Source: Raillietiella orientalis (taxonomy: Eukaryota). Taken from it: a stretch of DNA of 53,177 nucleotides. Within the stretch, counting starts at the first letter, position 1. Each line of letters begins with the position of its first letter. The notes beneath the pieces were generated by a model that worked only from the letters and a program-made list of their open reading frames with translations, was not told where the DNA came from and made no database searches. Shown one piece after another: positions 37,126 to 47,803 of the stretch. The position numbers and the translations under genes were made by a program. The DNA lies in NCBI GenBank assembly GCA_036172245.1, contig JAYWIR010000077.1:310001-363177 (forward strand). The letters are read 5' to 3'.

Positions 37126-38350
37126 TTTATCACCCCGGTGTGCCGGGGAGTTTATTATAAAAGCAAACATACAAAGTGTAGGGCCATCGGCCCTACAACG
37201 TCCTAGAGAGTTCGGAACCTATCGAGTACTGGCACGCACGCTGCCGAGCTTCGCCTCAGCAGCGGAGGGGAACAATCCCACGTAGACAGCAAAGAGCTGC
37301 TGGAACTACGGCAGGCGAAAGGGCGTTGCTCACAAAGCGGCGCTTGAACGCGTCTCTGGCAGCGTTCACTGGTGCACCTAGGGCCGTTGCGGATGGCAAC
37401 CACAAGGGCCGGAGGGCAGCACAGTCAACGAGCAGGTGTGGGAGGGATTTTCGCTCCTCGCACCTGCTGTAGTTCGGGTCCATGCCCTCCCGGGTCCAGT
37501 GAGACCAACAGGCGTTGCGCAGGATGCCTCAGTGCAACAGCAAAAGTGTCGACTCTTGCCACTTCAGGGGGAAGGCCCGGTTCTTCAGCACTGGGGGCCA
37601 CTCGTGGTCTTTGTGCGAGATTCCCAGCAGCTCACTCCAGCTCGATAGTTCCTTTGGGCGCAGCGTCCGTGAGCTGGCCCGTGGTCCGACCAACTAATTT
37701 CTACCCTCTTCCACCGATCTCACATCGGACCTTCCATTGGGCCGGCTGACTACTGCCCCGGTGTTCCCTGAGATAGGGTACAGCTGCTGCTAGGGAAGTC
37801 CTTTCTGTCCACCCACGCTTGATGGGCTGCACGATGACGTCTTCCTGCAGCGAGCGGTTGTTATAAACAGAGTACAGCAGTCTCTGAGGCATCTCCTGGC
37901 TCGGTCGTTATTCCGGGTCCATGTGCGAACGGTTTCCTGTAACCAAGCGCTACCTTTCGCGGGCAGGCTGGAAATCCAGTTGTTCGTCCTGGTCAGCTTG
38001 GCCACTCGCCGAAGCTCCACTCCGTAAGGGAACAGGTAGCGTCTTAGGCCCCGCGGCATGAAGAAAGACAGTCCCGCGCAGCCGCTGGCTCTCTGAACCC
38101 AGGCGTCGTGCAGGCGGCTCGCACCACTCGGTGCTCCACATCTTCGCTACTAGGGCGGATGTCCTCCACTGGTGCCGGTCGGTGCGCCGTCGACCGGACG
38201 GTCGGATCGGATCCCCTCGAGAATCCCCACGGGCGGGTACTGCAAGTACATTGGCGTTCCGTTGGGGGACTTCTGCGTTGCAGAAGTCTGATCCGGCCGT
38301 CTATAAAAAGTGAAGATGGTCGTTCCATAACGGCGAATTTCACTGGAACG
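37126..38350 (-). mobile_element. L1/Tx1-clade 3' fragment (copy F)
   Basis: MWSTEWC, WPPVLKNRAFPLKWQES and LPHLLVDC. End motif on the minus strand AATAAACTCCCCGGCACACCGGGGTGATAAA. Confidence 0.85.
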
Positions 38351-40195
38351 AACGGGCGTCGTTGTTTGTTACCCGGTTGCTCCGGGACGTTTATTATAAC
38401 AAATCATCTGGGAACATAGTTCCCAGGCAAGGGAAACAGAAGTTAAGGGGGAGGGTTTCCCGACACGCAGGTCGGGCATATTGAAGGCTCGGAACGGCAG
38501 GGAGGGGACAATAAATAAATAAAAATAGTGGACGGGTAGGTACAGGGGGTCTGCAGCTTCAGCCGTTCCTATTCTCAGAACCGGCGGTGAATCCTCACTT
38601 CTTCGTCGAGGTGTGGTCACCCGGAAGCCAATTCCAAATGGCAGGCTGCACTGTCGGGGATCGATGTTGGGACCGCTCGCAGCTGCAATACGTGGCGGCG
38701 GGCCCTGACAATGGCGCGGACGCAGCAGATGATTGCGACGACCGCTCCCAGAGACAGGCCGTGAAGAAGCGGCGCATCCAGTCCATTGCGGTGTTCCCTG
38801 GATGCAGGAGCGCTGAAGACAGCCGCCGCCACAGTCCCTGGAGGGCACCGCAGTCGAATAGCAGGTACAGGAGCGATTCCATCGCTCCGCATTTTGCACA
38901 GTTGGGGGACGCGACTCCTGCGGAAAGCAGGTGCGCGCGCTGGTTGGAATACAGACCCCAATGCACCAGCAGAAAAACGTCATGTTTCTACCGGAGGGGG
39001 AACACAGTCGTGTGCAAGCACGGGGAAGGGACCACAAGTTCTTCGGAGGGCACCCTCAGGAGCTCGCTCCACCGAAGAAGTCCCTTGGCACGAATGCGAG
39101 GCGTGGCAGCATCTGCCAGCTCGCCGGTCCTCCAGCCGCCCAGGAGTCGGGTGTCGCCTGCGATGGCGCAGGCGACCTCCCACCTTGCCGGTAGGCCACT
39201 GTCTTCTCGTGCCCTTAGGGGAGACAGCTCTTCGGCGAGGGACGTAGAGGCCAGGCGAGTCCATTTGTCCTGGTTTTGCAACACTTCCTCCACTGGAAAG
39301 TATGGAGAAAGGTACACGCAACGGAGTTCCAAACGGGACACATCCTGTTGCGCTGCCCAGGACGATAAGGCTTCCTGCCGCCAGGCGTTAACGTTCGTCG
39401 GCCGGCAGGAGATCCACGAATGCGTTCCCAGAAGCGAGGCGAGCTGCCTCAGCGGGAAGCCGAATCCTCTCATGGCGCGCTCCGTATGCAGGTGCAACGA
39501 ACGCAGTCCGTCGCCACTCGTGCAGCGCCGCAGCAGCAACCGTGCGGGAGCACACCAGGGAGTCGTCCAAAGCTGGGCGAAAGCGCCAGCATGAGAAACT
39601 GCACTAGCAGTCCGATCCGCTCCAGCGTCAAGATGCCCAAGCCCGCATCCCGACGATGAGCCGCCAAGTCCTTGAGTAGGATCCTGAACCTCGCCGGTCC
39701 CCAGAAGGCGTTCCGCAACAGGCGTTTCGCCCGGAGCTTGACCGAGTAGGGAGGGGGACAAACGGAAAAGAGGGGACGGAGGAGCGGGGCAACGAAAATG
39801 TTCCACACGAAGGCCTGCTCCGGCAGGAGGAAACTGCGACCTTGCAACGGGCCCAGAGCAGTCTCGGCCTTGTGAAGGTAGTCCGACCGCGCTTCTGCTG
39901 GACAGAAGTCGCCTAACGGAACGCCAAGGTACTTAAAGCACCTGCCCGTGGAAATCCCCAGGCGGATCCAGTCGGACTGCCGCTCATACGTAGAGCCAAC
40001 CGGTACAACGGTGGATTTCGGTCTGTTGACGCTCACGCCCGCTCCCCGACGAATGAGCACGAAGAAATCTGCGAGACTGGGCGCCGGGGTGGACGTGGGC
40101 AACAGGAGAGGTAGGTCGTCAGCATGGGCGGCCACGGCCGGCGTTCCCGGGCAGGAGCTCGGCAGGTTGGCCCGGGGAGTCAGCCTGTACCGTGC

Positions 40196-43100
40196 CTTTC
40201 TGTGTCTCCTCCAAACTGCAGTATCCGTTTTTCATCTCTAGAACAAACTACAAAGTATCCTATTACTGCCCCAAACCCACCTTATATTCGCCTTAGAACA
40301 ACTCGTGCCTTTCGAGTAGCTATCCCCCAACGGTTGCATCCGTGCTCCCTCCGCGAAAAATATTCCGCCGAAGTGCGATCCCTCGAAAAGATCCCCGATT
40401 CGATCGGGATACCATGCGAAGCTTCACCTGTGGCGAACGCTCCACATACCGTAGATAGCTCCACACAACAAAATTCTTTTCCAGCGATCCACAAACGAAA
40501 CAACCGCTTCCCACCTCTCACTTTGCATCCATCACACACCTCCGCATCTCGACAGCACAAAAGACCTCCTCCAACGTTTCATCGCAATCCAGTACCACCT
40601 AGACTCCATCGATCTTCTAGACAGTGTTTAGCTGCACCACCACCCAATCGGACCCTTCCTGGCTATCCAGCCTCTCCTCCAACCACCGCCCGTCCTACTA
40701 CCCCTCCAATTACGAACCTCCCACTCCCACCAATTGCTAAGCGGCTCTTACACCTGACAACGTCCTTTTGGTTCGATTTCCCGTATCTCGCACACTATGC
40801 TGCATACTGCCATCCTGTCCCTGGAGAACACAAACTCTCGATGCAAGCAACACACTTCGGTGTCACTTGACGACAGCACGCAAGCTTCCTTTCCACAAGC
40901 ACAGGTCACTCTGTAGGAATTGCAACTCCGATCCTACTCAACATCACCCGCGCTTCGAACACTCCGCTCGCCCTCAACCCCCCACGGTCTCCCTTTCTTT
41001 TCAATGTAACATTCCTAACTGTATGGCCACTTTTCCTTCTATGCGTGGATTACACATATGCGATGTCATGGCACATACGCCTGCCAAATCAAAGCAACAA
41101 ACCCCTCTCCCCATTTCGCACTTCTCGTCCGATACCCACTTTCAACCGTTTTGATGCGATAGAGACACCCGGACCCCCCACACCTGTAGCCATAGAAACA
41201 GCGCATCCTATCCCTACAACAGCCCGTACGTCCACAAGATCAGTACCTCCCATAGTTCCATCAAATTCATCTTCCTCCGAAGCCTTACAACAGCAAGAAC
41301 AACCGATACGTCCGACTGACTCCCTTATACCCCTTGCACTCAACCAACAAACCTGCACCTTACGTCTACGCTGCACAACAGGTTCTGCCAAACACCCAAC
41401 ATATACTACACACGAGCACACATTCCGTCCTTAGTTCTTACACTCCGATCCTCACGACCCTTCTTGCACAATCGACGTCTAATGACACTTGGCAACGTAC
41501 GCTGCATACCCTCAACGAAATTATGAATACCACAACTCCGACATTCCACATACGCCCATTTAACCCTTCCACAAGGCCTACATCCTCTTCCGATGCCTTT
41601 CGCCTTACCTCACCGAAACTACTTCACTCCCTGTGTCGGCGGCGAAACCGAAAACGAGCCATTCGCACTCTTGTTCACCCGAATCCCATTCAATTTAACG
41701 GCTGCAAATCTATGGTTCAAACTATTTTTAGTGAAAAGTTCTCAGCAAAGACAATGAACGCGGACGTACTGCAGGAAAGCCCTTTAACCCTGACTTCTTC
41801 GGAAGTGAATTGCGCAAACATCACCCCTGAAGAAGTTCTGTGGACGTTGGGGAACTCCCAAGACACTGCCCCAGGAAATGACGGGATCCCGTACTCCCTC
41901 CTGAGGAAAGCAGACCCAGACGGATCTTGTCTTGCAGCCCTATACAATTCATGTGTCCGTCACTTGCGTATCCCTAACGACTGGAAAACATCACGCACAG
42001 TCCTAATCCCTAAATCTGGAGCATCTGATCCGGCAGATGTAACGCAGTAATCGCTCCATAGCAATCTCCAATACCATTGGCAAACTATTCTGCAAAATCC
42101 TTGAGAAAAGAATGCGCTCGTGGATCCTCAACAACGGAATCCTTGGACACCATCAAAAGGGATTTCTTCCCTATGATGGCGGGCTGGAGCAAAGCTTTGT
42201 CCTGACCACTGCACTCGAGCGCTCCCGAGTGCACCACCAAGACATCGCCATTGCATGGATAGACTTTAAAGACGCGTTTACGCCCATCCCCCATCAGCCC
42301 ATTCTAGACACGTTGACCGTGCTAGGGGCTGGTAGTCAGTTCCACGGAATCATTGCGGAAATGTACTCGGAATCTACGACAACGACAGTGGCTTCGGGCG
42401 GACTTACGATCCCAATACTGATTCGTTCCGGAGTGAGCCAAGGTTGCCCCCTAAGTGGGCTGTTATTTAACATCGCTCGAGGACCCTTCATCAGAATCCT
42501 GAAACACCAACACCCCTCTATTATTCCGCTTGCTTATGCAGACGATGTTGCGCTTATTGCTAGCTCGATAAATGAGCTACAAGTGGCCGTCACCACACTG
42601 GCAGATTCGACCCGAGCTGCAAACTTGCAAATAAATACCGATGAGTGCGGCTCCTATCACTACGTAGCTTTCCCGCCACAAGTGCGAAATTCCCCAATAT
42701 CTGTGAACGGTGCAATAATTCCGTCCCTTTCCCTACAAGATACTTACAATTACCTAGGGAAACCGATTGGCTTCGATCCACTCATGTACGACGGAAACCT
42801 TTATTGCTCATTTCAAAATCATTGCCGACTCCTCCTTAGCCCCATGGCAGAAACTGGACGCCATCAAATGCTTTTTCTTGCCATCATTTATACACGACCT
42901 TCGTCTTGGCACAAAGCCACTATCGTCATGGGCCAAGATTGATAAATCAATACGGAATACACTGAAGCAAAACATTCTCCCGCGTACCCAAGGATCATCG
43001 AACGAATACCTATACGGAAGTGTTCGCGATGGATGCCTCGGGATAATGCCTCTTGTTGAAGAAGCACCAGCAAGGATCGCTTACTCTGCGTTCAAACTAT

Positions 43101-44498
43101 TAAGGTGCCCGCATTCCCATGTGACTGATCTCGCCTTCTCCTCCCTTTCCGACGCCGTACATAGGAAGGCTCACGTGCCGCCAAACCTGGTTCTGTTCTC
43201 TCGGTTCCTCAATGGATGCTGTTCGTCCCCCTTAGACCGCCCAAGTGATGATCCCCGCACGATGTGGTCCACACTACGGGAAGCAAGGAAGCACCTTCCC
43301 ATAACGTGGAATTTTGATGACAATAATGTGACGCTCTCTTTATCCTTCCCCGAACATGAAAACCCCCCAAATCCTCTCCTTTCGACAGCAGCGACAAGTA
43401 GCACGAACGATACGTGCTCACTTTCGAGAGCAAAAACGCTTATCACTTCTAGCCAAGCCAGACCAATGTGGGATAATAGAATGTGTAGCCTTCCACGAAG
43501 CCTCCTGCATGTGATGGATTCCGCTTTGCAGACTGGCGATTTATACACGGTGCCCGTTTGAACCTGTTATTTGTCAACGGAAATCGGAAAACGCCTAGTG
43601 AAATTGAGCGACGCCGAAGATGTGGTTACGTAAAAGAAACATTGGCGCATGTCCTGTGTCACTGTCCAGTTTATCTTGGGACAATGTTCACCCAACGACA
43701 TAACGTTGTTATCGACACCTTGTTCAAGATCCTCTCTCCTCGATGGCCCGTTGCCCAAAAGGATCGCCGAGTAGATGTGTTAAACTCCACTCTTCGCCCC
43801 GACATATTTTTGCAGAATGCGTCCACAGCTGTTATCATTGACGTTGTGATCTCCTTTGAAAATCGTACATCATCGCTACAGCGTGCAAGCAAGAGAAACC
43901 AAAATCCTGAAGTACGCAGAGATCGAGACCGCCCTCAAGAATCAAGGCTTGCGCACCATCAACCAAGCATCTGTAATTGGTGCGCTCGGATCATGGGATC
44001 CCGAAAATGATAAGCTCCTAAAATTGCTCGCAATTCCTCCAAGAACAATTACCGCGATCTCCAGGCATCTATGTACAGAAACTATAGAATTTTCCCGGGA
44101 CATATACATCAACCATATCTCCACGCCCAACCCATCTTCGTATCCAGCAGAAAACCTCGAAGGAAACCTTCGCCATGAAGGTATGTACCAAACACACGGA
44201 GAACTATGCCCTATATCCCAAATACAAACAGGAGTCCTCCCCTATCACAATGTAGGTCCGCAAGCAGATGAAATCCTTTTGGACGGTTCTTCCGCATCTC
44301 CAATAGCAGAAGCTATTCAGGTGCTAACGTCCCTCTAAGTGCTAATTTAATACACCAACCCTCTTTACAAGTTCCACCCTCAACAGCTGTGTATCCAAAG
44401 ACAATTGAAACCTCTGTAAAATTAAACTTTACAAACGTATTGTAAAACTACCCTTTATATAAGGTACAAATGTAATAAGAATGCCGTAATAAATAAAA
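40196..44498 (+). mobile_element. Near full-length NeSL/Utopia-like RLE non-LTR retrotransposon, frameshifted
   Basis: N-terminal Zn fingers (FQCNIPNC..TF...GL). RT: APGNDGI, QKGFLPYDG, AWIDFKDAF, GVSQGCPLSGLLFN, LAYADD, SSLAPWQK. CCHC remnant RCGYVKETLAHVLCHC. Restriction-like endonuclease HN...RPDI...IIDV...FEN...KILKY...GALGSW. The 3'UTR ends AATAAATAAAA. Confidence 0.93.
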
Positions 44499-44736
44499 CC
44501 TCATCACCAGCTCAAAGAAGATGCTGAAGAGCAGAGGGTTTGAGCTGTCCCCTTGCCTGATGCCCCGCCGTATGGGGACGCCGTACACGTGGCAGCCGCT
44601 GAAAGAGATACAGCATAACGTATGGTGCCAGCAGGAGCGCAAGTAGGCGACGAGGTGCGTCGGGAGGCCTAGGCGTCCCAAGAGCTCCAGAAGGAGGTTC
44701 TGGTTTGCGCAGTCGAATGCCTTGTAGAGATCGACC

Positions 44737-45422
44737 CTCCCCTTAAAATGGCAGGAGTCGGCTCTCCTGTTGCAGCACTGGGGACTCCCCTGCAACGCCC
44801 GCCGACACCACTGGACCTGGGGTGCGGTGAACCCCAACTGTGTTAGGTGTGGGGAACGGGAGTCCCTCCCCCACCTCCTTGTGGATTGTGTTGCCCTTCG
44901 GCCCCTTTGGTTCCGCTTTGCCGCGGCCATCGGAATTCCCTGCGGCAACCCCAGGGACACATTGAAAGCCCTCTTCGTTGCCGACGCCCTTCGGCCTGCG
45001 GCCTCGTTAGCAGCGCTGTGCTGCCTACGCGGGATCGTCGCCGCTTGAAGCAAGGCTACGGGAGGACCTCGCGATAAAGGTGCCATCCAGCACGCCGCCG
45101 AATTTTTGAGGAGGTCGTTGCGATGGCCCCACCTGGATCCAAGCACACAGAAAGAGCTTGCCGGCATCCTGCGAAGGATGCAGCGGCCCCAGCAGCAACT
45201 GTGATCCCTTCCCGTACCCTCCCACTTTTTCTTTTCTTTTTGCTTAGTTTTTTTGTTTCCCCCCTTCCCCCTGCTGCCGTGGTGGACCGTACCGGTCTGC
45301 GAACCGGTGACTCGGCAGGCTCTGTGTTTCTTCGTGCGTGGCTGGCACAATGGTCCAGCCACTGCACGTCTTTGTTAAAGTTTGTTTTTATAATAAACGC
45401 CCCGGCGAAACCCGGGTGAAAA
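44737..45422 (+). mobile_element. 5'-truncated L1/Tx1-clade insertion (copy H) with 24-bp TSD
   Basis: CVRCGERESLPHLLVDC and a 3'UTR ending AATAAACGCCCCGGCGAAACCCGGGTGAAAA. TSD TCGAA(T/C)GCCTTGTAGAGATCGACC at 44713-44736 and 45423-45446. Confidence 0.93.
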
Positions 45423-45962
45423 TCGAACGCCTTGTAGAGATCGACCGCGACCGCTAAGGCGCCCGGCGTTCCCTCGTGCCGCAAGCACCGTCGCTTGTCC
45501 TTGGCAGCGGCTCATCCGGCTGCCTGGCTCTGCTGCGCAACGCGTTGCTGCAATTCGAGCCATGTTCGTGCGAAGAAGAGATTCGCGTCCATGGACCGTC
45601 CGGGAACCGCATACGTGTGCTCCGGGCTTACCAAGGACTCGGCGATTCTCCCCAGCCGCGCGACCCACAGCTTTGAGAACAACTTGACGTCCGAATTCAC
45701 CAAGGTGATCGGACGCCAGTTGTTGAGCTGGCTCAAGTCGCCGCCTTTCGGCAGAAGACGCACGTTTGCTGAGCAGAAGGAAGCGGGAACATCTCCCGTC
45801 TTCCGCATCAGCGCGGAAAGGCTCAGCACCAGGGGGACGAGCTCTGCCGCGAAGCACTGAAAGAACTTCGCGGGCAGGCCATCCTCCCCAGGAGCCTTAC
45901 GCCTCTTCAGGCCCGTTATGGCGGAAGACACTTCTTCCACCGTGCAGGGCAAATCCAAATTC

Positions 45963-46770
45963 GTGCAGCGTTGTCGTGGAGCGCGTTCGCGGCTCCCCTC
46001 CTTCGCTCTCTACTTTCTGTTTGTACCGTCCCACCCCAGATTGGAAAGCGGACCAAGGACCCCCTTAGAAAAGCCCGCTGGGGAACAGGGAGTTCCCGAG
46101 TTCGATTCAAAGACTTGTGTGCTCCGCGTAAGGATGGTGGACTGGGTCTCCTTACGTTGGTCTCCTTAGGATGAAGCGTCAGCTCTGGCTAAGAAGACCC
46201 GCCCCCGCTGCGAAGTTGCGGATCACGCCTTGGTGCGCGCCTGCACCACTCCTCGCCAAGAGGGCAACGGCTGCGGAGCTGTGAAGGACTTCGGTCTTCG
46301 TGGCCAGCGAGACCAGTTTGAGGCAAGGTGGCCTGCAAACTGCGCGAGGTGGTTATCTTGGTACAGGACAACGGCAGGATATCCCGCCTACCCGTTAACT
46401 GCACTGCCTGGCTCCAGGAGTCGGTCACAGCATGGGGAAAGATCCACGGCTAAAGCGAAGCGGAATACGCCTGCCTGCCTCCGGAAAGGAAGGTACGCTC
46501 GGAGGGTAGAACGCGTGCGACCCACGCAAGCTGCTGCGGTCATCGTTCACCCCCCTTGCTCCAATGCAGCCCTCCTTACGAGAAGCAAAGGACAGCGATA
46601 TACCGGCGAGATGCGAAGTGCCCTGCCGCATCCAAGACAGCAAAAAACCTTTTAAGAGCGTGCACAACTCGGCAGCTAGCGGACGCTGCGACCCCGGGTG
46701 TACCGCCAAAAGGACTGCCACGCTGGGGCGAGCTGGTATCGCCATACCTCCGGAGGAGGCGAAGTGACCC
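45963..46770 (+). mobile_element. Degenerate L1/Tx1-clade ORF2 post-RT fragment
   Basis: WSAFAAPLLRSL...FKDLCAPRKDGGLGLL...LADAATP...GLPRWGEL. Confidence 0.8.
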
Positions 46771-47440
46771 CCAGGCTGGATTCGGACGGTGCGTTTTTAC
46801 GCTCTTCCCTCCCCCTACCCACCTTCCTCAGAGCGGAACTCGCCGGGCAGACTGCCTGCTATCAGGAACGCCTCCAGGATTCCTCGGACTACAGCGGGAC
46901 GCAGGCCCTCCTTTGGACCGTCGAGCGAGGACGAGCGCGCCGGCCGGCGGCCGCACGGAGGCGAAATGAGCATCTTTGGAGCACGGGGAACGCGCGCGCG
47001 CGCGCGCGCGACCCAACTTCCAGGTTCGGAACCGGTTCGTACGCGAACCGGCCGCAAAGTGGCTGGCTCGCGGCAAAGGTCGCTTGCGTGAGACGCGTGC
47101 CGATCGCGATCCGCACTTGCGAGAGTTCCTTCGGAAGGAAACGCACCGCCAGTGCCTTGGCACATTCCGCTGGGTCGAAGAGGGAGCCAAAAAAGGGTCT
47201 TTGCAAAGGAAAGCGCACTTTGAATCGGTGCCCGCAAAGACGGTTCAAGTGCCGAGCTGCTTTCCGGATGTCCGAAAGCCCGGGGTTCTTACCATCTTCG
47301 AACGCTTTCCTCGAGCTTGTTCGGCTATCGCCAAAACCAGTAGTCGGCAAAAAAAAACACCCAATCTTGGAAACCACACTTTCCGAGTAACATATAGCAA
47401 TTTATTTCGCACGCTTTTTGGTGTGAGGAAAAAGTGATGA
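46770..47440 (-). mobile_element. Probable 5' end and ORF1 N-terminus of an L1/Tx1-like element
   Basis: ORF 47377-46889 (FKVRFP...DPAECAKALAVRFLPKELSQVRI...QATF) loosely resembles Tx1-type ORF1 N-termini. It lies upstream of, and on the same strand as, copy G. Confidence 0.4.
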
Positions 47441-47803
47441 AATTTTTTCTTCTTCTTTATAATCACGGAACGATGCTATGAAACCAAATGCATGGGGGGT
47501 GGGGGTGGGGGTGGGTGAAAAACACAGACGATCACGATGTGCGCAGACAGCCGCTTCCCTGATATTCTCTCAGGTCCACTTCCTCTTCCTTGGCAACGCG
47601 AGCGTCATTCGCGTGTGGCACTATGACTGCTCGCACGATGCCACCTTAGCACATCTTCTCTGCTTAGTGTCTCGCCTCAATGTTTTGGGTGCTGGTCTTC
47701 CGATGGACTACGCCTCTGAAGTGGCTACAAACCCCATTTCAATAGAGTACCGGATCTCTCAAAACGTTCGGGTAAATGCATCCAGGAGGAGGCATTTCGC
47801 TGA

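Larger units (their letters stand above)
38363..45962 (-). mobile_element. L1/Tx1-clade retrotransposon (copy G) in three pieces: 45962-45423, 44736-44499, 40195-38363
   Basis: The pieces join colinearly: KAPGEDGLP...WRPITLVNSD...VDLYKAFD...RRGIRQGDS.NPLLF...AHADD...FKYLGVPL...CAKCGAMES. End motif AATAAACGTCCCGGAGCAACCGGGTAAC. Confidence 0.9.

Noticed and set aside
38587..39594. 335-aa plus-strand ORF and many similar overlapping GC-rich ORFs at 22-28, 34-40 and 44-47 kb
   Set aside because: Shadow frames of GC-rich retrotransposon ORF2 on the opposite strand.
44400..44520. U2 snRNA target sequence at the RLE element 3' junction
   Set aside because: The flank is Tx1 RT coding sequence, and no U2 motif is visible.
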